NCBI GenBank assembly: GCA_028534125.1 | Contig: CM052816.1 | Span: 74,464,001-74,528,000 of the forward strand | DNA length: 64,000 bases | Source: Lama glama | Taxonomy: Eukaryota | Direction of reading: 5' to 3' | Shown: positions 25,471 to 38,234 of the stretch, piece after piece | How positions within the stretch are numbered: position 1 is the first letter of the stretch | Layout: each line of letters starts with the position of its first letter | Made by a program: the position numbers and the translations under genes | The notes under the pieces: model-generated | Told to the model about the DNA's origin: nothing | The model's database searches: none | What the model saw: the letters and a program-made list of their open reading frames with translations, nothing else

Positions 25471-26949
25471 AGAAAACTTTTACTTTTACTGTGGTTGATG
25501 TAGACGCACCCACAGTAGCTTGCATGCCAAAACATCCCAGTCTATAGACTGAAAGCCATTTTCTTGACATATGGGCGTGGACCCAGCCTGGCAGAGAAAG
25601 GAATGAGAAGGGCGTGGAACAGCCCGGGGCTAAATGTGTTGGGCTCATCTGTAATCAGCCATGAGAATGTGCCTGCCAGCTCTCCGACACTGATGGGGTA
25701 CAGACAGACACTTCATTTCCAGGGCACCTCTCATAAAACCTTGACATTCTTTGACTTTCATGCCCCATGGAACCTTATGCAGGAGGAGTAGAAGCTAACA
25801 TTGTGGGAAACCATAAAGGGGGGAAGACATGTGTAGGTACAAGTCTCAGGGTTTCATTTTATGAATTATCTCTCAAATGTATGGGATTTCCTTTTCTTTT
25901 TAGAGTAAGCCAAATTATGAACCAGTTTGGATAGCTTTTAGGCCAACAAGCCGATGTCTGTGGTGCAACTGACTCCTTTTCTTGGTTCTGAGACATCCAA
26001 AAGCTGAGCCTAAGGCTCTAAAAAGTGAGTCAGCAACCCTGGGGAACTGAATCATCTTCAAAATGAAATTCCATTATTTTGGGTTATCATTTTGATTTTC
26101 CTTTATTTATGTGAGCTTGAATGATGCTGCTGCCTGCAAGGCTCTCAGCCCTCAGCCCCTGACCTAGGACAGCAGGGCAGGAGTGGAGAGAAAGCAGGCT
26201 GACTGGCATGGACAGGGGCAGGGGTGGTCGTATTTCAAATATTTTCTATAGGCTTGTAAATGGCAAGCTTTCAAGTTGGACCTTCAAGACCAAACAGCTA
26301 GAAAGCAGAAATAAGAAAAATCCTGCGTTCAGAAAATTGCAACTAACGGTTCCCTTTTCTGTTCTCGTTTTGGTTTGTGATTTCATCAAAAGCCTATCAG
26401 TTATTTTTCTTTTTTCTTGCTTCAGGAATGGTAAGAGGCTAATCTAAGGGGGCAGGATGTAAATACTCCACAGTCACATCATCTTGGAATCTCTACGGGG
26501 AACACAGCAGTTCTAGGAAATTGCTTGCACCAACATTAGACCAATAGCAGAGCTTGGGTGCAAGCAAATATCATCATGCTAGAAAATAGCAGTAATGAAA
26601 TCTTCAGCCCAAATTGAGCTCAAATATGGCCTAGAGCCATAGCCTGAAAATCTAGACAAGTCATTATTTTTCCTTGCCACTTGCAAATAGAGTATCTTTC
26701 AACATCAACGCTTCAGGACCACACACTTCAACATAACTCATTCAGTGTCTAGTTAGCTAGAACTCAGTATTTTCCGGTTTCCCCAGCAGCAATTTTCTTA
26801 ACTAACATATTCATAAAAAGTCCTTCCCTACTTTTTAGAGAGAGAATTTTGGTCACCAGCAAAGCTAATTTCATGGTTCCCACTGGGGATGCGAATTGTC
26901 TTTATTTGGGGATGGGGGTTGAGATCTTCTGTTCACAATGGCTTACTCT

Positions 26950-28110
26950 ATTTTTATTATGGAATTTGCAGATAAATAGAATAGAGTGTACGGTTTGATG
27001 AACCACTATGTGCTCCTCAGCCTGCTTCGAGAACTATCAGCATTTGACCTATTCTGCTTGTGTGCTTTCCTTACCTAGTTTTTTTAATCTTCTGCTTTCA
27101 ACCATAACTATCGACATACAGAATTATCTTTAAACACTAAGGACTCTCTCATTTAAAAAATAATTCCAGAATCACACCTAATAAATAAAGACCCCTCAAT
27201 ATCATCTAATACACAATCTTCTCAAATTTCCAAGAAAATATCTCAAAAATGCCTCTGGCTTTGTTTGAATCAGGATGCAGACCAAGCCCACACGATGTCT
27301 CTTCAGTCCAAATTCATGATACGTCCTCTCTCTTCTTTTTATTACACCATTTCTTTTTAGTTGAAGCTAATTTCCTTTAGCGTACTGCATTCTTAAAGAG
27401 TCAGTTAAATAGATAAACAAGATTATACTGTACAGCACAGGGAAACATGTACAAGATCTTATGGTAGCCCACGGAGAAAAAAATGTGACAATGAATATAT
27501 ATATGTTCATGTATAACTGAAAAATTGTGCTCTACACTGGAATTTGATAGAACATTGTAAAATGATTATAAATCAATAAAAAATGTTAAAAAAGAGTCAT
27601 TTAAAATGTTCCTCTATCCCTGTTATTTCCTATAAACTGGCAGTAAGACCCAGAGGCTTAATTCTATTCAGTTCAACTCTCATGGTAAGAATCCATTATG
27701 GGTGGTCCTGTGGACTCCTGTATCAGGGACATATAATATCATATGATGATAAAACTCCTGTAGGTTCAAAGTGATCCACCCAGAATAGAGTATCCCTTAG
27801 TCTTTGTATCACTCACTCATGATCTAGCCTAAATCATTATGTCACTAGGGCTTCTAAACTGGTTATTTCTCTAATCCTACCATTTCATCTCCATTTATTA
27901 GCTTGAATACATCTATTTAAAAAACAGTAGCAAAAAGAAAACAACTTTCCTTCATCCTGAAATGCAATTCATATAAAAATTCAAGGCAATTGCTTGATTA
28001 TTTCCCTGATGTATCAATTTTTACAATAATGAGTAGATGTTCTAGTAAACTCCAAAGGTGACCATTTTTAAAAAAATATCATTATGACCTTTACTGACGG
28101 TTTATACTAT
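26950..28110 (-). mobile_element. Old, degraded L1M 3'UTR, interrupted by a young L1 tail
   Basis: ttttattatggaatttgca...tagaatagagtgta...gaaccactatgt..., ctttgtttgaatcaggatgcagaccaagcccacac. Confidence 0.55.
27410..27590 (+). mobile_element. Young L1 3' tail, about 180 nt
   Basis: TSD aaagagtca(g/t)ttaaa at 27395-27409 and 27591-27605; TT|AAAG endonuclease site. Confidence 0.93.
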
Positions 28111-28804
28111 GATGCAATTTTTTAAGGGACTGGAATGATAGGAATAGAAATGAAGACATTTCATCTTTTTCAGCTATTCTGGGCTATTTTCAGAAGAAAA
28201 GCACAATGTGTAATCTTGGCTACCTTCTCCCCTTCCATTCCCCTTTTCTCTGTACTCTATCATCCTATTTCACCAGGCTTCCTCTATAAAACGGCTGAAG
28301 ACAAGAGTAGAGACTAGATGACATATAAAAATCCATGCACATATGCAAATCTTCTAGGGAAATCCCTGTGGATATTTAGTGCAGGATTCCCACATACTCA
28401 GGGAAAGGTCAGTAAAGACAGCCACAGTCTAAACAGTTGAACGCTGGGTTGACTCACGTGCTTGACCCACACCATGCCCACAGCGCTGAGCACAGCTGCA
28501 GAAATGCCACAATCACCAGCAACCTGTTCTCCTTCAAACACTGGAATAGCAATAGGTAAGCCCTTAGAAAGAAGCTCCCTCATCAACAGTTTTCAGGAAG
28601 TGCTGTGGTTCTTTTATTTCTCTTGGACATTCACAATGCACCCAAACAGATTAGACTCTGAGTGGTCTGGGAATAAAGAAGCCTGTTAAACTTTGCATGT
28701 TCCGACATTTCCCAAGCACTGGACAAATGGTAGGTTAAAGTTAAGGTTAGAGTTCTTTGCAGGAGCGTGTGAAAAATCTGTGTGGAGGAAATTAAAAAAA
28801 AATG

Positions 28805-29272
28805 TGTAGTGGGTTAAATTGTATTCCTCCAAGATATGCCCAAGCCCTAACCTCTGGTACCTCTAAAAGTTACCTACTTGGAAAAAAAGTCTTTGCAGAT
28901 ATAATTAAAGTAAGGCTCTCAAGATGAGATTATCCTGGATTAGGGCTCTAAATTCAATGATGTATGTCTTTATAAGAAAAGAAGAACAGAATCAGATGCA
29001 GGGAAGAGGCCATATGAAGTCAGAGGCAGGGATTGAAGGGCGGAGGGTTACATCTACAAACCAAGGAACACCAAGGACCGAGAGCACCTTCCGGAAGCTA
29101 GGAGAGAGGCAGGAACAGATTCTCTCTCAGAGCGTCCAGAGGGAATCAACACTGATGCCACCTTGATTTTGGACTCCTGGCCTCCATTAACTGTGAGCAA
29201 AGATACTTTTGTTGCTCTAAGCCACGGGGTTTATGGTAACTTGTTACACAGCAGTCCTAGGAAATGAATGCA
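28805..29272 (+). mobile_element. MaLR solo LTR (MLT1B/C-like), apparently full length
   Basis: TGtagtgggttaaattg...gtctttgcagatataattaa...gaagctaggagagaggcaggaacagattct...cagcagtcctaggaaatgaatgCA. Confidence 0.88.
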
Positions 29273-31165
29273 ATGTGCCTGAATCCATGGAGTTGGATTC
29301 AGCAGACCTGAGGTCGATGTCTGGCATTTGTCTCTATTGAGAATGTCCGCAGGCGATTCTGATGGGCACACCCACCCAGAACCACCACTTTAGGATCTAG
29401 GGTTGAAGGGTTGGTCACCTGCTTATATTGACAACCTCCTAGGAGTTTTGGCTCATGCTGTGGCTCTGAAGCATCAATGAACCTCTTGCTCTATGTCTCT
29501 GGGTCTGTTTTTTTCTGAGAAAGTGGGTCCCAAAGAAAATATTTTGGGGTCATCCCTTAAGAAGTACATTGGAAGTCATTTTTATAGGTGGTGATGATGG
29601 TCAGGGTTGTGTGACTAGAAGGCGGTAACTCTGGGATCAGAGGGAGGAGAGAGAAACCAGCATTTATCACATTACTCATCTAGATCTCACTTGAAGGGGT
29701 TTTTCTTCTGAAGCCTGAACAAGGTGGAGCGAACTTTCTTTAGGTAACTTGAAAAAAATCTTGGTCTCCTAGGCCTTCTAATCCTTCTCCACTCAGCTTC
29801 CTTCTTTTCCTCAGCTGCCTGAGAAGAGTGCTTCTTTCATCCCCAGCTTCTAGTCACCTGAAAACATCTTTCTTTCTTTCCCCAGTTGCTCTCATTTGAG
29901 CTGCCTTGCTTCCCTGGATCTTTAGGATGCACTTCCTCCCTCTCAGTCTTTGGTTTCTCCCAAAGGAGTAGGGAATGTGTCTCTAGTGCTGTCAATAACT
30001 GGTGACTAATAAACAAGGCACCTGCTCTTAAAAATACCTCCACAAGGAGAGGTCTACAAGGCAGGACAGAGCTGGTATGTGCTGTCTGGTTATCTGGTGC
30101 GACAGCTTCTCACTTCGGGGCTGATATACCCTTGGAAGCTATTTACTCATGGTTTAACCAAGATTATTCAGTCAAAAACAAAATTTGGGGGAAGGTACCG
30201 AAGAAAAATGTCAACGTTTTGCCCTAGCTGGTTCTTCGCCCAAGAAAGGCAGGCTATTTAGAGTAGAGTGTAGGGGCAGAAAGAGGGTGGGGATCGCGAG
30301 GGCAGGATGAGAGAGTGGAGGAAACATTCCTTCTCCTTATACTCCACCAAGCTCCTGATCCAACTTTCAGAGCCAGCCACAGTCCACCTGCAGCCCGAGT
30401 CAGACAGCCTAGCCTGGGGACTTAACCACTAGTCAGTGTATTACTCATTGCTGCTGCTAAACCTGATTTGGGAACCTGCCTTATTGGCGAACTTCTGAAG
30501 CAAAAATACATTTTAAGTTAGGGACTCTAGGACTCACAAATGTATACAGAACCCTAGTAATAAAACAGTACTTGATTATTGCCAAATGACTCATCCAGGC
30601 AGTAAATGTTCTAAAAGCTCAGAGAAGGGAGTTTGGGACTGAATTTTGCCCAGTAAATCTGCTGCCCTTTGGAAAAGTAGAAAAAGTTTGTTTTAAAAGC
30701 ACATCTTTGAGCAGTCTGTACAGTCATCCCACCTCTTCTATAGCCAGGACAGTATTTATCAGGCGAAAGAGGAAAGAAAGGGAACAACATTCCAACATTC
30801 TATGAGGTGTCAAGTACTGTGGAAAACATTTGATGGAGTCCTACCTAAGGGCAGCCCTGAAGCAAGACTCTGAAGCAAGGAAATCAGACTCTGGCAGCAG
30901 CTCTTTCTTGCTCTGACCCATCACCTCTCTGGACGCCTTTCTTGCCTGGTACCCACATCTCATCCTTCGGACATCTGGAGGTTGGCAAGCCTCTCAGTCC
31001 CTTCCTTTCAATACGTGCTCCCTAGCTCCCCACCTCTAAAGGGCCAGACAGACCTCCAGCCCAGGCTGAAGCGCTAACAGCAGAACACAAAAGCAGGGCT
31101 TCTCAAGTGAGGTAGAAAATGGAGCTCTTTTTGTAGAGATAAGTGGCAATTAGAAGACATATCAT

Positions 31166-31335
31166 GGGGGGAGGGTATAGCTCAGTGGTTAGAGCACACG
31201 CTTAGCATGCATGAGGGGCCTGGGGTCAATCCCCAGTACCATTAAAATAAATAAATAAACCTAATTACTTCCCCCACAAAACAAAAACACCCCCCGCCAA
31301 AACCCCACAAACAAAATAAATTTAATATTTTTAAA
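31166..31335 (+). mobile_element. tRNA-Ala-derived camelid SINE (Vic-1 type)
   Basis: gggtatagctcagtggttagagc (A box)...gggtcaatccccagtacc (B box), then cctaattacttccccc and an A-rich tail. TSD aagaca(t/c)atc at 31154-31163 and 31336-31345. Confidence 0.88.
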
Positions 31336-31599
31336 AAGACACATCTATAACATTAAAATTTCTTTTTTAAAATCAGTGTTTCTCTAACTGGGCTGTACAG
31401 GCATTCTCTGAACTTGGTGAGAATTTTATTTCCTTAAAAAATATACCACTCAATTATGAGAAATATTCTAGATCCAGCATCCTTCCTATCCTCCCAGAAA
31501 ATAGAAATGAACTTGAATAGGAGCTAAAGCTTTGGTGAGTGGGGTGAGGAGGTAGGTAGGGTGTTCCCAGCAACCCAGGCCACCACGGCTTTAGGAGTA

Positions 31600-31830
31600 G
31601 GAATAGCAGCACTTGTAAAAATAATAAAATATCTCGTATCTACTCCATACCTACTTTGTGCCAGGAATAGTCCATGTACATGTCTGCTCCTCATAATGAC
31701 CCTTCGGGAGAGATACTAGTATCTCCATTTATAGACGGATAAATTGGAGCTCATGGCATATCAGCAATATGCCAGGTGCACACACACATGACCACCTGGG
31801 ATCTCCTGCTCCCCAAATTCCAAAGTCCTC
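31600..31830 (-). mobile_element. MIR
   Basis: cctactttgtgccagg...atctccattttatagacggataaattggagctca. Confidence 0.65.
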
Positions 31831-34094
31831 ATCACACAGCCTGGACCCCCACTGAAACCAGTAACAGAGTTTGCCGCGACCACTCCTGTCTGATGGGAAC
31901 AACACCTCCAAGACTTCTGTGGAAACTTCCGGTCTGCTCTTCCCCATGAGAAAGAAAAAAGGCAGAAGAGGAAATGCACGGCTGCTCTCAGATTTGGTAA
32001 ACAATTACATTCCCCATCAGGGTTAATCTTAGTGTTGCGGGAAGGCACCAAACCAAACACCGTGAGATCTAGGCGGATACCTCTCCCCAGCTTCCCTTCT
32101 GCGTTTGCTCTCAGGTCGTTCCTGAAGCTCAGCATGATGTTCACTGAACCGATACTAAGGATCCTATTTTGTGTAAGGCCTGGCTTACGTTGTGATGCAG
32201 GGAACAGAGCATGTAAATATGAGGGAAGCCTAAGTCTTCGCCCTCTAAGAGTTTATAACCAGAGGGAAGCTGCCACGTGCACGCAAGCCACTTGAGCTCG
32301 ATGCAAAAGCTGCACAGCTTCAAAAGCAAGGCTGCAGGCGCTCTCTACTACTTGTGTGACTCACGGGTCACAATCAACTTGGGGATGCTTTAACTTTCTA
32401 GAGTCACTAAAAAGCGTTCACTACTCACTAGGGTCACCCACGGTGAAAGAATGTTCGCCTTGGATTTCATCCCTGAAAAATGTGTGTTACGCTTTGGAAG
32501 AGAAACCATACTAGGAACTGGCATATAGAGAACACGCAGGCCCACTGGAATTTTTAGGGAGATGCTTAATCATCCTTCTCAGACTTAAAAAGAAATATAT
32601 ATAGTAGTCATTTCTAAGATCAAGGCTTTTAGAGGACTGCGTCCACAGATTTTTAACTGCTTTCTTCCTGTTTGGGTTCCAGAAGAAACAGACGACCTTG
32701 ACCTGTGTTTACAGTCAAGAGGACCCGCAGGTACTTGAGGGGGCTGACCTTGAGCTGTGGGCTCTTTCCGCCTCCAGAGGTTCAGGGACACTGTCTACAC
32801 GTGCACACAGAGAGTAGATCTCTTGCAAACGGAGTGGTAAATATCTACTTACCACTGATTATGGCTCGGCAAATTGCTGGGAGTTGAGGGGGATAAAAAA
32901 GTTGAGACCTAATATTTATCTTACAAAAAATCCTTAACTCCCAACAATTACATGTGAAAGCAGGCAGTGTATAATCCAGCACTGATTCTGGGAAACTAAT
33001 AGCAGGCCTTATCTGGGTATTCTAGGCTGGAAAAAGTCACTGTCAAGTCCGTAATTTGAGATAACTGAACACTGTCATTTGAATGATCAATATTATGTAT
33101 TAACCACACTTTATTTTGCTTAACTAGGGGCAGAGGCAAAGCACTGCACTGGCGGTGCCTTCTCTACTCTCCTGTTGTGGTCTGTTTAAGAGATTTAGGG
33201 AGGCTGTTTAGTCTGTACCTCCGTTTCTTCTTGTCGAAAGTACATCATTCTCCTGGCCTTCCTCCTACTTGGGAGAAGCAAGGAAGTGGGATAAACAGCA
33301 TTTGCGGGAGGCTTGGCATTGCATGGAGGTGAGCGCTGCCTGTGAGTCAGGAAGGGCTGCCACTAGTTCGGGTGCAAGAGAGAGCCAACATAAACACTGT
33401 TTTCTTAAAAGGGATCCTGCTAATCTGTGTTTACTTACTGACTCATTTACTGAGTTGTTTATAAACAGTCGGCTGTCAAGAATTCCATGTCCGCTTCCAT
33501 GTCAGAACCCAGTGTCACTGCTGGTCTCCAGTGCGTGTCCAAAGCTCAAGATCTTCGGAACAAATACAGGCTGCACGTTCTAAGATACTGTCCCTGCATG
33601 GACACGCTGCCCTGATGCTGCGCTGCTTTTAACTCTATTGTCAGCTTGTGCTTATTTTAGTTGTAGTGTCTGCTAATAAGCCCTGAAGGTTGAAAACATC
33701 TGATGAAAAAGAATGATTAAAGCTTGGAGGGCTATGGGGCTCTTATGGGGCAGTGATGGGTCATAGGCAGGGGTGGGGCTATCGTTGCCTGGGCAGCTGA
33801 AGTGTCCACAGGATACCACAGGGATGACCCGGAGCATCCTGCAACGTACTCTAAGACCAGACTATGACACTAGTCCTATGACCTGAAGCTCAGGTTGGTG
33901 GAAGGCTTTGGGGAAAGACTCTAAGAATTTATAGTGATGGACAAGAGAAATGTCTCCTGCATATTTTTCTCTCTCTCTTTTCATAAATGACTGCCAAAGG
34001 GCATGGAGGTACTCTGCGGTAGCCAAAGAGTAATTAAGACACTGGGGAAACGTGGCTCCTATGTTTTGAATTTTATGTGTGTGCATGTAAAATC

Positions 34095-35050
34095 CAATGA
34101 TTATTCATTAAATGCTTGGCATTTGCCAGGTCCTTACCAGGTACTGTAAGATACAAGGATGTAAAAGACATAGCCCCTATCCTTAGGGATGGTACAGTCT
34201 ATCAGAGGAATAGAAAGCACATAATGATACTGAGGTCTCGAACAGAGCTGAGTACAGTAAATTTCATACAGTTCAATTCTAACTCTCATTGGAATAGAAA
34301 CAAGAGCCATGAGAGACTACAATAAACACCACGGGGGCAGGTGCTATTCTAACTACTTTAGATACATCACCACTTGTAATTCTCACCACAACTTTATGAG
34401 GTAGGTACTATTAGCATCTTTATTTTAGAGATAAAAAAACAAAACAGAACTAATGTACAGAGAGGCTGTGAAATTAGCTAAAATCATGCAGGAAGTAAGT
34501 GGCAGAGCTGAGACTTACACCAGAGCTGCCTTGCTCCAGAGGCTGAGCTCTTCAAGCCCTGTGCTACATACTCTCTCTCCTCGCGAGGGAGGGAGAAAGC
34601 GCTACACAGATTCCAAGATGGACGTGCACATTCTCTTTGTGGGTAACGGAATATTTGAAATATGCCTTAAAGACAAAATCCATAAAGGGGTGTTCCCAAC
34701 TGGGAGGTAAGAGGTGATCATTATGAATGGCTGTAATGAAGCAGAAATGCAAGGGACATAACGCGGGTGTACAGAGCACACAAGGGAGATGAAGCTAGAG
34801 AGGCACTCGGGAGCCCTATGGTGGGTGAATTATTTAAATGCCAGAGAGGTGAATTATTTATCATTTAGAGAACAGCAGGGAGCTACTCAAGATGGTGGGC
34901 CAGAAGAATGCCCGGATCCAAGATAGGCAAGAAGAATGGATGCGGAAGTCGAGAGTAGGATGGCTGGGAATAGAGAACAAATAGGAGGCAGGGAAGAAAA
35001 ACTAGGGAGGCTGCAGGAGTCCAGCTAAGAATGCACAGTAAGGATCCCAA
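34095..35050 (-). mobile_element. L2 fragments with an intervening MIR (about 34330-34570)
   Basis: cattaaatgcttgg...ccaggtactgtaagatacaaggat; MIR caactttatgaggtaggtactatt...gtaagtggcagagctgag. Confidence 0.55.
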
Positions 35051-38000
35051 CAAGCAAGATGGTAACTCTCTTAAATTTTTGTCTCATACAAGCATTTTCA
35101 TTGACAAGTAACTCGCCATTGTAAAGGAAATTGTTTGTAAACTTAGACAAATTTAAGCAATTTATTTGCTATGCCCATCTAATATGATAATCTTTGGGGA
35201 TTCTTTCAAGCTGAATTCTGACCCCAGTCATGGATATTTATGTTCAGTTTGCCTGCTGTCATAAAGTCTTGGACTATTTTATGCCCCAACTGCCAGGAAA
35301 TGAAACTTCAATAGTTTTCTCCAGTTGGATATTCATTTCCTTTTGAGGTGGAAATGCCATTGATCACACAATTTACACTTCCAGAGTAACATGTCATAAA
35401 TTCAGTGGAAAAAAAAGGGCTTTAAAAAATGGCAGGAAAACTCTCCCTCAGAAAGATGTACAATCATCCAGTAATTTCTCTCCATGTACATTTAATAAGT
35501 CTTATGTATTTGGCCCATATGATCATCAAATCCTTTGCCAAAAATCAGCTGTGAGAGAGAAATAAAATTATTGGAAAAACACAAAGCACACGGAAGCAGC
35601 CTAATTCAGGAGTCTGCCTTCTTCAAGAGCACTAAAAATGTTCTGATTTTTTCTAGAAGATTCTAACCATCCTCATTCCCCCTGCAACACAAAGCAGCTT
35701 TCTTTGTGGTAAGTTTGTACCATTACTTCTTTAAAGTACACAAAGATGTCTATCTTTTTAAACTGTAAACTCCCTCAATACCTTCTTATCCTGACGTATG
35801 TTTTCCCCCCACATTTATGCCTTTGCATAGGTGAAGTATGCTCTACCCATGTGTGTGGGCTGAAAAGTCCTCATGGGACTTTTAAAAATAGCTCTTTGTT
35901 TCCAGAAAATATTTCTTGAGAACGTACTCTGGGGAAGTCATGCTAGTATGTGTCCGTTCCCCACGGATTAGGCCCGGTACCCACGCAGAAAGCAAAGCCC
36001 TAAGGGTTTAGAGGATGTGACGCACACCTTTTGGTAAGCAAGTGAAGGAAGAGATGAGAGCAATGGGTGATTCTGTAGGTGCTGCATTGCATGGGTTAAT
36101 CTGAGCTGGTCTGGTTTGACTGCATGCTTTTCTCCAGTTCCTGTGCCTGGCAATGCTATGTATGGACTGTGTTAACTAAAGATGGATGATGTGTTGTCAT
36201 CATGGGTCCTGACATGTGTCAGGGCGGGACATGTCAGCCTGTCAGTGCTGCTTAGCAATATAATGAGATTTACAATTTGGACCTAAATTCAGTGGAACTG
36301 GGGGCTGATGGTTAAGCTATCCACATAGCTAGAGCAGGCCGACATGACCAGTTTACTACAGGAAACTCCATCACCAGCAGACTTTGGGCTTCCTGGTACC
36401 AAGATGCTTGGTGGGCACAGGGGTAGTGGTTCTAGACCTGGAGACAAAGTATGTCCAGTGTGTCAGAGGACAAAGGGGCCCACACTTGGGCCCTCCAGCC
36501 CCCGGTCAATCTGGTCAATGCACAGCCCTCATGTACTGCTCCACACTTTGTTGTTCTCTGAGGTAAACCATTCGATTCCTATGAGTCCTTTTAGTGACAG
36601 GACACTTCAGGCGATTCATGTGCAGTTAACACAGGTGGCGAGATCCGCTCCCCCACGCTTGGCCCCAGCGAACCCAGAGGTGCCGTGACAACAAGGGGTG
36701 CCGGTGGGAACTGTTAAGTGTGGAGCTGGGGTGGGGGGAGTGGGGAGCTACTAAGGATACTTCCATGCAATTAACTTGCACTGTCGTTGATTACTGAGTT
36801 GACGCACTGTGACCGCTACGACCCTGAATTAGACCCAGCTGTTCATAACCCAGCCGCGGGGATAAGGGACACACGCAAGTAACTATGCTACACAGCAGCA
36901 TTCACCGTCCTCCTTCAGAGCAGAATGGAGCAGTGTGATCTCCCACAAGGCAAGCACGAAGGAGGGCGGGACTGCCTTGGGCCAAAGGTCTAAGCATTTT
37001 GGCTGAAACTTCGAGTAGGGGTAGGATTTATATTTCCAGAACGCAGTGTGGGGAGGAAGGAGGAGAGTTCTGGAAGGTGGGATGGCCGGAGCAAAGTCCC
37101 AGAGGAGGGAAAGCACAGTGCTCCTGGGGAGCAGCGGGTGGTCCAGACGTACGAGCTGGGGTCGGATGACAGGCGGCGGACTTTAGTGGGATACGGAAGG
37201 CTCGGGTTAGGCTTGCTGTTACAATTTAGGTAGTGGGAAGGGTATTGTGATAGTTAAGGGTTTTTAGAGCAGAGGGACATGTTGGGTCCTGAAAGTTGCT
37301 CCTGGCAGCGGAAGGTGGATACGAGGAAGGAGAGACGGGGTGGGGCAGGAGGAGAGAGAAGGAAGACAGCCGTCAAGGGCTCACTGTACCAGCCCATGCA
37401 AAGGCGGCCTGCAGACGGCGGTGGGGGCGACAGTTCTGTCTAGGATTTGCTCTGAGAGGGCTTTTGTTTTTCTTCCTCTGTGGGGTTTTGCTTTGAATCT
37501 GAGAATTCCGAAAAGCGTACGTAGGAAATGTGGGCACTATAATCATGTACTGACAGGACATTTTGTGTTGAACACTCGTTTTCTGTGTAAAACGACCCTC
37601 CAGGGAGAACATGAGCTCCCTGAGGTCAGGACAGTGTCTTGCACATTTTCGTTTCTTCCTCAAGGTGCAGAGCCAGAGCTGAGTGCACAGCAAAGAGTTA
37701 AATGCTTGTGACACAGTGACCCAGAGAGGTGAGGGGAGCTCTAGGGTCTGTGACATCTCAACTAGATGCTTGGATGACAAAGGCGGCCATGGGTCCGAGT
37801 GTGTGCACTATGCAAGGTGCCCACTGATACAGACACATCCACTGATGTGGGTTACTTTATCCAGCCAGTCCCAAGACAGAGGGAAGGTGGCTTTAGACAG
37901 GGAGGAGCTGGAAGGACAGGGTTCTTCCTTGCGTGGGGAGGTCACTGTCTGTGTGATGGACCATTGATGAAGGGTAACAGCTATTATTCGTGCTTATCAT

Positions 38001-38180
38001 GAGGACAGAAAATCAACAGATGCCAAATACCTGGCAGGAATTTCTGCGACACAACCGCCAGACTCAGAGGTTGTATTTCAGTGGGGCCCAAAGCTTAAGC
38101 AACTCAGACCCCACGACTTGACAAAGAAAGGCTTAGAGAAATCGTATTACCACTTCATGAGAAAGTGAAGGGCAGTGTAT

Positions 38181-38234
38181 TGTGTGTGTGTGTGTGTGTG
38201 TGTGCATGTGTGCATGCATGTGTGTGTGTGTGTG
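38181..38234. repeat. Compound (TG)n microsatellite
   Basis: (TG)12 catgtgtgcatgca (TG)n. Confidence 0.95.

Noticed and set aside
24740..25648. Longest ORFs in the track (302 and 183 aa)
   Set aside because: Artefacts of translating the N gap.
31170..31243. tRNA-Ala-like sequence (also about 49921-49995 minus)
   Set aside because: SINE head with mutated stems, SINE tail and TSD; not a tRNA gene.
36600..37460. Locally GC/CpG-richer stretch
   Set aside because: CpG density looks too low for an island, and it partly resembles degraded L2; no promoter evidence.
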